Assembly (NCBI GenBank): GCA_977030845.1
Contig: OZ365116.1
Location: forward strand, 16,554,001-16,618,000
Length of the DNA: 64,000 nt
Source of the DNA: Fimbriosthenelais zetlandica
Lineage: Eukaryota
Direction of reading: 5' to 3'
This document shows, piece after piece, positions 1 through 12,540 of the stretch (positions are counted from its first letter, which is position 1; each line of letters begins with the position of its first letter). The position numbers and the translations under genes are program-made. Below the pieces are notes generated by a model, which saw nothing but the letters and a program-made list of their open reading frames with translations, did not search any database and was not told the DNA's origin.

Positions 1-1128
1 CCAAAATGCCCTTATTTCCTATAGAAGAAAGTTTTGTAACATGCCCCAGGTGAAGGGGGAATGTTTTGGCCTGCCAGTGTCACAGATACTTGAGATATGG
101 GGGTGAAAGGAGGGAGGAGGGAAGGAGACAGGGGTAAACCATACCCTCCTCAGCCTCCCTACCCCTGCCACATTAATCGGTGCTAAATTGCCCCCCATTT
201 TTTCTCTCAGTTTCTAGGCCATTATGGCGCCCCTTATTGGGTGGATGATAAATTATCCCTGTGCTGAGCATGGAGTGGGAGCAGTTGCAGTATATGTCTC
301 TCTGCCCAGAGCTCAAGTGTCTCGCTGTTTTATATGAGGCCCTTTGAAAGTAGAATAAGAAAGGTGGGCAATTGCTGAAGATGTAGCAGCATTCCCCAAA
401 AAAATATCTACAGCCAAAACAAATGAAATAAAATGGTAGATAAATCTGAAATTGACTTGCCACTCAAAGGAAAGTTGTATTCCATCTGATTTCAACCACA
501 TGACGGATACAAATCTGAGCTCACTACTCAATCATACGGACCCAATGGAGATTATGCTCAATTGGCAAAATTGCTTAAAGTTGCCAAAAATTGTAGTGCT
601 GGTCTACTTCAAACTAAGTCAGGTTCACTCATATCACATTTGTGGAATTGGAGACAGATTCTGTGAATTCTTCCATTCACTGCCTGCCTTCATCCACTTT
701 GAGCCGACCAGGGGAAACAAAGGAAAGCCTGAGAGAGACGAAAGGATTCCAAGATTTTTGGGGCATTGAAACCATTGGGAAGGGTGATTGTGTCGGTCGA
801 TAGGAGAGGATATCTGGGCTGAGGGGTTTGTTGGGGATGGGAATGAGTGATTACCCCTGGGGCCGGGGTATGTGGAGGGGCAGAGATGGGGTACATAGAC
901 ATGAGGTGGGGGTGGGGGAGGCAGAAAGACAGCCTGGGTTAGGTGTTGGTGAATGGGGGTACATATACCCAATGGTAGTGAGGATGGAGGATGAAGAAGA
1001 GGGGTGGGGACGAGGGGCTCGGGAGGGGGATGGGTTGCATGGATTTACCTCATGATGGATGGATAGCCGTAGAAAGGTTATTTTCCAAGCTATAGCATCC
1101 TGTGACATGCTGAATGGAATAAACATAC

Positions 1129-1171
1129 CACTGTTTGTGCAATCATTGGGCGGGACCAGGCCATACATATA
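1129..1171 (-). CDS. Candidate 43-nt exon, frame undetermined
   Basis: Minus strand TTCTAAC branch point, ATCTTACAG acceptor and GTG|GTATGT donor. Two frames are open. Confidence 0.25.
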
Positions 1172-1178
1172 CTGTAAG

Positions 1179-1300
1179 ATGTAGTTAGAACCTCAGCGTC
1201 CCCTCTCTGAGGTTATGGGTTGAATCCTACTCTTTCTGACCAGGCAGTTTGCCCCGGGCCCTCCATTACATTGACTGCATCTGCAGCTAAAAGAGGGCTC
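1179..1300 (+). mobile_element. Decayed tRNA-derived SINE-like head
   Basis: A-box-like GTAGTTAGAAC and B-box-like GGTTGAATCC (1218-1227), followed by TACTCTTTCT. The same motif recurs inverted at ~48120-48140. Confidence 0.4.
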
Positions 1301-2223
1301 TATACAATATCATGGACGTGTAAACCATTTTTTAAATGGTCTGTAAAACCGCTATGACATATTAGTCCAAAATATGTGGCCTTTCAAGGCAATAAATAAT
1401 AGATATTTTATTCAAACCTCAATGGAATATCTCTCCATACAGAGGGAGCTTGGAGGTGACAGTATTTAGGATTGATTTTGATAAGACAACACTCCATCCA
1501 TCTTGTATTCACTTGGGATCTCCAATAGTTGCACCTTACAGTCCCCACTCCAATCTCCCCATACAGACATTATTACAGCTATTTTAAACTGGGGATCAAT
1601 AGGCCCTGAAATTGAGAGGCTATAGTGTATAGCTGAATGTCCAAAAAATCATAAACGGGGATTGCTTAAATTAATTCTTTTGAAGAGTGGTTCATGGTTC
1701 AGACGATCCGTGTTTGGAGGTCTCCTTTTAATCTTTCGTCTCTCCAGCACTTTTTCTTCAAAGGCTAATTTTCACTATTCAGGACTCTTAAATAATATTC
1801 TGGTAGGGGGACTCCACAGCCAGACAGTCGTAATAAATTTCAGACACGACGGTCAAAAGCAATGAAGCTAAGGGGAGCATGCATAAAGCATGTGGCTGGA
1901 GAGGCGTCTGTGCGGCACATTAAATTGATGGAGAAATAGCCTGCTCCTCTTCCAATTCCATGAATGCAGGTCCAGACTCGCTGAGATATAAAGGCAATGC
2001 ATAATGTTTGAACATCAGTCAGCGTGGGCACAGATGGAAAGGGGAGGAAAACGAAAACGGAGAGTGCAGACAGGAGAGGAAAAGAGCGAGAGAGAGAATA
2101 GAAGGGAAAGCGAAAGGAAAGGAGCTGTAGACAATGAGAGAGGAGGTTTATAGACAGAGAGGGTATGTAGGTATGACAGGAGGAGATAGCTTTAGGGTGC
2201 GGCTCTCATGGCGTTTAAAATAG

Positions 2224-2288
2224 AACCATTCCACGGCCAAGTCTCTTGAGTACTTTTTACTTGTGAACCCGTGTGATCCGAGGACACC
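2224..2288 (+). CDS. Candidate small coding exon (NHSTAKSLEYFLLVNPCDPRTP), product unknown
   Basis: AAAATAG acceptor (weak) and a consensus GTAAGT donor. Only one frame is open, and its phase matches the 3169-3227 candidate. Confidence 0.25.
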
Positions 2289-3168
2289 GTAAGTGACTTA
2301 TAGCCGACATTCACCCCCAACAAAGAACATCGCGCCTGACCTTAATTGCATTATACTGTTGGCTAGACGCCCTCTCTTCCGGAACTATTATTCTCCATCG
2401 ATCTTAAAAAGACCTAGACATACAAGTTACCAGATAAGGCAAAAAGATCCCATCCCAAGGCTAACCCCCTATATCCGCCTCTTTTATTGGCCCACCCTAG
2501 CTGCACCTAGTGGAGAATGGTGACACTACATCATGTTTAGTATTCAGTAGGTGTGAAAAAGGGGCTTCTTTCTTTTGGGTGTGTGAAGAGAGGCGACCAT
2601 TTCTGATGAAATGCACCATTTTAGCTCTGACAAGCAGAGCAAATTATTGTCGATCTTGATGAAAAATGTATAGTTTTCAGGAGATCATCAAGTAATATGT
2701 TTGGTATTGACATGGTTACGGCAGCATCAAGTGGTTGCAAAATTGGTTCCAACATAACTCTAGCCTACTTGTGGCAACATGCCCTAAAGATAATACCTAC
2801 TAACCTATAACTCCCCTGCTCACATTACATTTTTTAAAGGCCATACATGTATGTACAAGGCTGTCCTTCGCACCAGATGGTGTGATAAGTGTACTTTTTA
2901 GCTAATAGTAATGTGAGATTGCAGGACTAATTTTTCCTCCTATTTCAATGGCTTTAAAGGCCTGATAGTGAAGAGATATGTGGAGAGGGGGAGCATTTTA
3001 CCAATTGGTGTCGACTTACAGAGGGGGTTCATTTCGGCGGAAGGGGATCACTTCATGTCAACACAAGAGCTAAGTGGAGAACGACAATCAGTTTTCATCC
3101 ATCATTTGGGTAAAAGAAGAGGCCACAGGTCCAATCATTGTGCCTGGTGTTTTTTTAAAGCCTCACAG

Positions 3169-3227
3169 ATGCTGCAGGGTGCATTGCCCGTGTTGTGGGG
3201 GTACATGGAAGTCCGGGGATCAGCCAG
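3169..3227 (+). CDS. Candidate small coding exon (Cys-rich CCRVHCPCCGGTWKSGDQP if phase 2), product unknown
   Basis: T-rich ...CCTCACAG acceptor, CAG|GTAATG donor and locally raised GC. Confidence 0.3.
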
Positions 3228-4103
3228 GTAATGATTCACCCTCTGCTTTTTGTTGGTTATTCCGTTGAGTTATGAATCAAACATGAATCATTCCTAGCTT
3301 GGAGTTAAACAGGTAAAAACAAGTCCATAATTGATTGTTGCCCATCGATTGTGCTTCGGTTTTTCCCCGGGGCCATGTTTTATGCTGCAAGAAACTTTTT
3401 GTTGCCTGATACCTTTGCAGTCATTCTTATATTTTCAACTTGGGTCACATGTGTCACATGCTCAGCCTTTAGTACACATTGGACAACTGTAACCACCGAG
3501 GTCGTAAGGTCACGAGACAGGTCTCAGTATGTCACTGTCGACAGGTTTCCAGAAAGTCCAGCATAAGACTGCTTTAAAAAATAACCTTGTTCTAAAGGAG
3601 ATTTGTTGACTCTCTTATGGTTTTAAGACCCTTAGGCTATAGACCCAGTGAGGTCGCAGGGGAGTAAAGAAGACCCATAGATTGCATGCCGCCCTTGATG
3701 CAGCTCTGTTAGCACCTGTGCTGCTGCTAGGGCTGAATAGACCATAGTGCCCTCCTTACAGGTTTACTCGTAAAAACACCATGTTCCTCTCAGACTAGCC
3801 TTGTTTCTCACCCTCTCACTGTCTCATTTATTAGAGACAGATCGAGCTGTGAGCATTTATCATCATGCTCCAAGGCCTGGTATTAATTCTACATTGGAAA
3901 GGATCCTCGTTCTTTTCCTGAGTCACTTATAGTGTCGATCCACACCGTAGGACCCTGCCCCCTCTTCCTCTCTCTCTTCCCTGTCCTCAGCTCTCATTCC
4001 ATTTCTCCCTGTACACCTCTACCCGTATACCTCCCTCTCCTCTACCTCTCTCCTCCTCATTTCTGAGTAAGATATAAGAGGAGCTCAGATGGCAATCAAC
4101 TGG

Positions 4104-4123
4104 CCGGAAGTCTAGCCGGAAGT
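4104..4123 (+). promoter_or_regulatory. Tandem ETS/GABP-type sites
   Basis: Two perfect CCGGAAGT 8-mers at 4104-4111 and 4116-4123. Motif-only evidence. Confidence 0.35.
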
Positions 4124-7100
4124 AGGTTGTAATCAGGGAGAAAACGACAAGTTCCCTCTGGTCATATCAGTCAAATTTTGAAGGCTGGTGATATCACTTA
4201 ATCCTTCCCCACTACCTCAGGTCTGGCCAGCCAGGTTCAGAATGGCTGGTCTTGATTTAGAAATAATGTCAGACTCAATGTTGCACCAGATATATCATGT
4301 CGAAAAGTCCTGACATAAAATTTTAAAATGCCATCAAAAGTGAACCTGCAAGCCAGTGATCTTCTGCTAAGACATTCTTCAGACCAAATGGCCTCTTTGG
4401 AACGCTTAAGAAAGCCCGATTGGTGTTCAAAAATGGGCCCAATGATTAAGGGTATAGCCAATTTGAAGTCTGAAATTTTAACCACTGGTAGTATACACTT
4501 TTCAGGTCTGCCTTACACCTTTAAGACTTGAGTAGACACCTCTATGTGGTTCTCATGTATGTATAACAAGCTCCTTATCAGTGCTTATGAGGATGACATT
4601 GACGGGTGGTGGAGGTGGTCCATGCTCGGGGGTGCGTGTGAGGAGCACATTAGACATGCTATGATATGATGCCAGCTCATTCACACCATGTACTCATCCA
4701 ATGCCACACAATCACCTACCACCCAACCCACCAACTTTCCCTTTGATCCAAACCGCCACCGAGTCATGCCCCATTTTCAGAACAAATTGTTGGACTGGGA
4801 CGTCGCCCCCTTCTCCTCCAGGGTGTTGCTGTTGCCATAGAAACAAGCATTGGCAATGCTTAGCTATGTGTCAGGAGGCAGTCCCTGGAGGGCGAGAGGA
4901 CTAGGAGTAGCAGACTGGGGGGACTTGGTCAAGCAAAAGATATGTTTCTTCATAGATAAATATTACCTAAAATCGTGGATGATTTCCGCCAGTTGGGATA
5001 TATTACCCATGTTGCACTTCAATCAGATTTTCATCTCGTAAAAATATTCCACCCCGCTCTCCAATTTGAAACCGAATAAACCTTCCTCTGACTACCTATC
5101 TAAAACCATGGATGGTTAGACCAGTTTAGCTTCCGACACTTTTCCTGGCCCGTTGGGAGGTTCTATGAAGCCAGTTTGGATTATCTTCCACTGGTTAGAC
5201 CATAGATTAATGTCTCGATATTCATCCTACCGATGCTTTATGCAACTGGAGCATGTGTCCTCTTTGGGACATGGTTGTCTATATCCGTTTCATTTATGTC
5301 CTCAATATAGTGGCTACACCACGCCAGAATTCGCACTTTGCGCTTATCGGCCATGGTTGGAGGAGTCAACTCAGTCCCTTTCGCATCATAAAGGTGTCAG
5401 GTTTAATTTTGAGAGCACATATATAATGTTAGAGTGAGCTTGGTGGGGCCGGGTAGTTATAATAGGTTAGCTGGAAGCGTGATGTATGGCTGGCCACTGG
5501 GAGGGTTAGTGTTTAGTTAATCAGGGAACTAGTCACTTGCTCTGCTGGGTCTTAAACAGAGCTGTCATGGAGAGGTTCTCAAAGCCTTGCTGTCTTATAC
5601 CATATAGATCCAGCAAGGTCTTAAGCGCATAAGACAGACTAAAATGTCCCTAATTACAGCCTAATGTAGCAGCTGTTTGCAGCTGCTGATTTCTTTATCG
5701 TGAGGATACATCTTTTTCGATCTTGCGCGGATTGAGACACCTCGGGCAGATCTCAGCTCACCTGTGTTTTCGGCTGTCTTATGTGTGATGTGTACTCTGT
5801 AACCAATGTTCCTGTTTTAGGTTTAATTTTCTCCATCTGTCCTCCACTGTGAGTGTGACATAGTGTGATATGAGCAGTTTAATGAGCACCTCAGGGCCAC
5901 AGGAAATGTGTTAACTGCCCGATAAAAAGTAGTCCGCAATCACCTCGCTCTTCTCATCTACTCAAACGGACTCCAGTCCTGAAATTCTCCCATAAAACTC
6001 AAACTAATAGTTGCAATTAAGACTTAGAGAAGCCCGTAATTAACTCTTCACATAGGAAGCATGAAATATACGCCGTAATAAATTCTATTTGGCAAGAGAA
6101 TCATAAAAACTGAGTTCTCTGAAAGTAATGCGACATGGATTTACTTCATGAAAGAATCCAGCCAAGCAGTCCTGTAAAAATAAGGACTAAATAAATAATT
6201 TAAGCTTCTGCATGCAGCCCCATAAATAATTTACTGACTACATTGTGTGATACTTACAAGTTAAGAAAACCCAAGATGTTAAATTGATAGGGAAGCCAGG
6301 ACAACGCCTCATGTTTTATTTTGTCGATAGCTGGGTGTAAAGCAAGCCTGGTTTTACTAGACGGGCGGGCCACACAATACCCTACAATACCCCGGCCCTG
6401 ATTGGCCCTGTCCACCCGGGTCACCCACTAATTGTGATGAACAGGTCTGAGCTGCCCTGTGTGGGAATAACCATCGATACTGACCCTGACCCACTGACCC
6501 GGATCTGGCTATCATAACGCACAGTTAGAGATAATGGTTCAGTGACTGGTAGAAGGGCATTGACCTGAAAATGATGTAAGCTGAGAACATGAGAGGGCCT
6601 TAATATAATGGCCCTTCACATTGTTTACATGGCTCAAACAGTCATAGTCATATGCTATGGATCATGGTGGGATGGCCCTGTGACAAAAAATATTGGTCTG
6701 TAAGAGCGGCAAGGCAAATTAGAGGTCTGACTTGCCACACCGAGTCAGGATTGTTATGGTGATAAGGGGCAAGCATTTTTTTTATATCTAATGGCAGTTT
6801 TAGACTAGATCCACCATTGACCTCAGTTCAGCCTTGTTAGGTGAGTGTCTCATGCTGCTTCATTGACATGGACTTAGGACTCTGGGGCAAGGGGCGGGTC
6901 CAGGGTGTCAATTATCTCCCTTATTGACAGTTATCTTTAAATATGTTCCATACTAGAAAGGTATCCTGCCAATGAAGCTGATTGTAGGCTGCACTGTAGA
7001 AAAGCCTTAAGGTTATGCTCCTTGAAGTCATTATTATAGAAACTTTCAATACACTGCCCCCTTTAAATACACTAAAATATTTATCCTGTCAGGACCATTT

Positions 7101-7232
7101 TTTATGTTGGGAAAGAAGTTGGGATGGATCTTGGTGTGAGATCGGGGTGTGGTCACTGGTGATGGGGATAAAAACGTTGATGGTACTTTCAGCCTTTGTC
7201 CAGCTGCGGTCATTCTTCTCCCCGGGGCTTAC

Positions 7233-7266
7233 TTTTGTCTGGTGAAATAGAAGCTGAAGGCAATCA
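7233..7266 (-). CDS. Candidate 34-nt exon (xIAFSFYFTRQ or xDCLQLLFHQTK)
   Basis: Minus strand TTCTCTGCCCTCCAG acceptor and AAA|GTAAGC donor. Confidence 0.25.
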
Positions 7267-10200
7267 CTGGAGGGCAGAGAATCAATCTGATTCCTTAGTC
7301 TAATCACAAACTTGTCTCTCCTCACATCAGCCTGCCTCAATCTGTCTCCACACCACCACCTCAATACCAAGTTAAAAACTCGAACTACAAAAGCCAGGTG
7401 TGTCAGCCTAGCCTTGTTATCAGCAATCCTCTGATATAGTGTCAGTTTGTGGTATTGACACATGGTCTTATACATTGAGCCAGGCCACCTTCATTAGTGT
7501 GCAAATTCTCACATAACAGATCTTCAATCTGCTTAGAAATCTCTCACCATTAACCTACTATTTAAGTTACTTCTTCGAAGGATTTATTTAAGAGCTATTT
7601 AAATAGAGGAGCATTGCCTTACAAAGCCAAATGTTCCAGTACAGTTTTTGATGGACAGGATTTCCACAGACACAAAAACTGACGTGTGGCGAAGCACCTG
7701 TCAGGTTTACCTAGAATGCTGGCGTCTTCGCCTTCTTGCACTCTCCTGTTAGCATATCAGGAATGTTATTGGAGCTCACTGGGAAAAAACTTATAAGAAA
7801 CATTATAAAAGAAAAGTAATCTATTAGTTTATATAAGCTGGTACATGTAACCATCTGATAGGAGAGTGTATAGTGGATGTTGACTTTAAGTCCTGCACCT
7901 GGCCTTTTGTTAATATCAGCTCTGGCTGCTCATACATCATACTATCTCTTCCTCCATGCCATTCACCTTAACTAAGGTCACACACTTGACAAATTGATTT
8001 ATGTCCACCACTGCTATTTTCCCTCCAGGCTTAATTGCTATTGACTTTTTCCTTCCTAATTCTTGCTGTGGGAAGGTTGGATCAGGTTCACGATAACTTT
8101 ATGTCCTGTCTACGTGGACTGAATCAAATTAACCGACCTCTGCTTGTCACCTAGCAATATTCAGATATTATTCCGCAGAAACTCCATACTGGTTATTTAA
8201 TATATAAAAAAAGTCTGTAATATCATGCTGAATAGTGCTTGGATGTGTTTAATATCACAGGACCTTACCAAGAAGTGTATAATATGAAAATATATAGTAT
8301 GAAAATAGGTGTATATAATAAATACCAGATGTTATTTGGACTTAGTAACAATTTGATATACCGAACTTGACACCTCCATACATGTGATTTGGCCTTTAAG
8401 ATTTTCACCTTTACAGGTGTGAGTCAAATTCAACATTTAAGTACTGGTGGTGGTAAAGAGTAACATTCAGTGCATAAAACTCCTAAAAACTGCGGATCCT
8501 TTAAAAGGTCAGGCCCTGAATTTGTCTTCTTTTTGGAGAATCATACTTGGCTTGCCAGAAGCAAAAACCGTTTTACAATGAATGCTTCCATTTAGAAACA
8601 AAACATTCAGGCAAATCTTCTACTTGAAATGTTTTTGTGAAGGGAAGGAAAAGAAATTGGCATGGAACGTGAATACATGCTCGCTTTGTTTTAGTGATTT
8701 TTTCCACGAGGAGTTCTCTAACTAATCACAGACGAAGAAATGTCAGCTTTTCTGATTTTAATTTTTCATTTTCCTGAGGGTTCATGGTGTTTTATGTTGC
8801 GAAATCTTTGCAGACGAGAAACAATCATTACATGGCTACTTCCATTGTGAAGGAAGATATCCAAAATAAGGTTAAAGAACTTGGGACCAATGAGAGCCGA
8901 AGCGATAGCTAGAGACAGAAAAAGCAAAGCCACTCATTGCCTTTCTTGCTGTGCGTTTCTGGTCTTGTTTCTGGCCAATTCGTCAGTTACATGAAATAGC
9001 TCATAAAAATCTACAGAAGGAGTGGAATATATAGCTCTAGAACCCTGCTGAATAATAATGATTAATTGTAACACGTTTTCACTGTATTATATACCTAATA
9101 ATTTATCACCATACCCAATCGACCAAGATACCATGGAATATATAATCGATGTTTAAATGATTTTTTCTTTTAAATATTCAGGGATTAAAGCCAGAGAGGT
9201 GTTAATCCCGTGAACAATAATCCATAGAGATTAGCATCAGAGATAGACCCCTTCTGTAACAGTCCTTAATGGGCCCTGAAGATTGATCGACCCAGCCCCG
9301 GAGCCCACATCCCAAGAGAGAGACTCTAAACTTCCTACCTACTCCACTTAATTGACATACTAGATGCATTCCAAGATTAGAGCCTGAATGGGGATAAATT
9401 AATTGGGCCAGATGCAAGGATTAAAATGATTAAAGCTAATCTATACTGGATGGGAGAAGGGCAGAATCATGAAGGAAACATGTGTGCAAGCCACAGGGAA
9501 ATTAATTAGTCCCTAGATCCATGTTAATGAGTTGTAATTAATCAGCTTTCAAAAAACTCAACGCACAGGTTTGAAAATTAAGCTTTACATAAAGCACACC
9601 TTATGCCTGGCATTCGTTTTCAGTGGAAATAACAGACTGAGTCTGTTCTGGCTAGTAATACATAAACATTGCCTTCTATCTTTGTCTTTTTACAATGTAG
9701 ATCTCAGTGTATGCCCTTGAATATATAAAGACCTCCTGAAGATGGCTTAGAACATCTTAACACCCGCGGGATTCATCCAAGCCCTCGCTTTTTCTCTCTC
9801 CCTCATAAATGATTTGCTCCATGCATTCTTCTGTGTCCCTATGCTACAGAAATTTATGCTGATACAATTGTCAGCCGTCTATCAACACGATAAGCATTGG
9901 GTACTCGCTTGTAGATGGACCTGCATCCATTGGTATGAGGTTCTACAGACAAACGTATCATAGACAGCATGAGCTGCAACCATATCATGGAGGTGTTTAG
10001 CCGTGGAGATAGTATTCTAGATCTTGATAGAAACTCAATATAAATTTCAAATCACAGTCATGCAGAGGCCCATCTGCAGATCTAGAATATCCAAATAACT
10101 TATATTACGATGTCATTCCATGCGTAACGCTCCACGACTGTAAGGAATAGACTGACAATGATTCGTTTTCTATGCAATCATTTCGGTGATCATTTGCGCT

Positions 10201-10774
10201 GATGCTTCTGAAAGAACCGTCTGAATAGCTCATGCGATGGGGGAGAGGAGATAATATTTTTGTTTTTGGAGCATTTGAGATGTGACGGTTGATGCTTTGC
10301 TGGAGCCTTTTTAAGTCTTAGATTATTCCTTTGTAGAGTAAGATGAGGAACGTCTAGGTTCATTATTTTTTCTCTATAGATAGACTGTATCTGGGGAAAT
10401 TGCCTGCTGGAATCACTAACACTGCTGACTGCTTTTCATTACTTGCAAAAAAAATATTTAGATGGAAGCCTTATTGTCGCATGTCAACCTCATGAAATAA
10501 CCAAGTAAAATTCAGTCCACATATCCAGGAGAAAATGAACTTCCTGTTTACACAAGATGACATTGACAATGCCCATTTTAATAACCCGATTATGGGACTA
10601 TCTCTTGTTGAGAACAAAATGTTTTGGAATAACGCCCAGGTGACTTGATGACTCGTATATACTGTATGGGATTTAGGATTTCAAGATCAAGGGTATTTAG
10701 AACACCATGACCATGCACAACGGGGTATACGTGAATGGGTATCCTGCACAGAAAAAGGAGATGGAAGTGTACTA

Positions 10775-10900
10775 TCAGCTCTGTTAGAGTACGAGCTCCT
10801 AGGGTCCCAAGATTAGAAGATTGAAGGTTCAAACCTGCCTTTTCACTGTCCCTCCTATTTCAAGTGATTTAGTGTGCCTTTATGGGGTCTAGAAATTGCT
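10775..10900 (+). mobile_element. Decayed tRNA-derived SINE-like head
   Basis: TCAGCTCTGTTAGAGT (A-box-like) followed by GAAGGTTCAAACCTG (B-box-like, 10825-10835). It does not fold as an intact tRNA. Confidence 0.35.
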
Positions 10901-12439
10901 CAAGTAATCACTGTTGCACAGAAGTGAGCAGTGGACATAGCCCTGGCACAAAGTTAGGATATTATGGCCTTCATAATTCTGGAATAAACCTGTGACATTA
11001 CAAGCTATTATGGACCGTCTTTGTTGATATAAATGAAATCGAAGAATGTGATGGCATCTTATCTTTCCCCGCCGTTGTTTTTTGCCATGTCGGATAACCC
11101 TTTATATGACGTGGAGTCATTCCTTCACAGCAACCCGGCCCATAACTCGGTGCTGAATGACTGCATTATCGATATATGTTGTGTGAGGGGGTGAGTTAGG
11201 TGGCATGCTAACTATTTATGTTCCCCATAACATGAAATTACCCCAGCTGGGAATATCCCCATGTCAAGGAAGGGGAGAATAGTATTGGCTTCCCCACAAT
11301 GTCCTCAGACTATTCACCCGAGATTCTAAAACAATCAGGAATATTTACAGCCCTAAACCAATCACGTGGCCAGCTCTGTCTTGATTTAACCCCGACATCT
11401 AATGCCACTTAATGCCATTTTGCATTTAGTTGCTCTAGAAAATTTGATTTCCATGGCTGTGTTGCGCCTTTATTTCATTTAAATAATTTGAGGCGTGCTT
11501 GTGGGATATTCTGAGTAAGGCCGTTTTATTGCCTGACGTGCGGTTAGTGTAATACCCCTGAAGGCCTTGCTGTCTAGTTTGTATCAATTCATAAATTCTG
11601 TAAACAAGACTTTATTGCTGTCTCTGGAGAGATTCTACAAACGTAATTGCTTTTCTTGCCGGACACTTGGGAGGAACAGTTTAGGAAAAATTATATTTGA
11701 TTATACTACAATGTTTATCAATTTTCTCAATTTTTTTATGGGACTTTTTTAGTGAATATTCTTAACAGTTGCTAATTTCTTCATACTCAATGTTATTGGA
11801 AATTTTAATGGATTAAACAATTATCTTGTCAGGGTTAATTTCACAACAAATTTCTATTGCATTGTCTGTACAAGGCCAGGAATAATCCTTTTTAAACAGA
11901 CCTTGGTGGTAGACCTGAATAATCCTCACCACACTTGGCAAGATCTCTGGTCTTCCTTTTAAATGTTTTACAGGCCATTGCCATATAAATCCCTATAGTT
12001 CTTCCTTCTCCTCCATTCACCCTCCTGTCTCTTGGCCCTTAACCCCCGGGGGCCTCTCAAGGAGGCCCTTGAAGGGTTTTCCCTATCACAGGACTTGACA
12101 TTGGCCCTGATAATCCAAGCTTGACTGGCATACAAATGTCCAAACTGAAGCCTTACTGCCTAAAAGCAGTGCTCCACCAGTAAGATGGCTATATAAGACA
12201 CAAAGGCCGTTCTTAATGCCTTGTCTTAGGACCCCTAGGAAATAGGATTTGTCTCTTAGGAACATATAATATGTGTAGTTTAATATGAGCTCAATTGATA
12301 TTTAGCCTTAAGGTAAAGGCAGAGCTCTGATGACATCCTTAAAGACAGGCTTCCACGATGTCCTGAATGACCTCAGTGGATCATAGCTTTTAGGGCCTCA
12401 GCTGCAGTGATGTCCGTCCAGAAGTGGGTCTCTGCTGAA

Positions 12440-12540
12440 AGGTACAGATAGGCCCACTTTAGGGATCGAAAGTGACTCCCAAGTGATGAACAAGTCCTCT
12501 CTCTTACTCACCCAAACTCAGGGCACCTATCGTTTATACT
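12440..12540 (-). mobile_element. Decayed tRNA-derived SINE-like head
   Basis: Minus strand GGTGAGTAAGAGAG...CACTTTCGATCCCT, with A-box/B-box-like spacing. Confidence 0.3.

Noticed and set aside
5764-5848. Candidate exons on both strands at the same site (plus 5821-5848, minus 5764-5848 region)
   Set aside because: Mutually overlapping, equally plausible models show how easily splice-like patterns arise by chance here. Neither can be supported.
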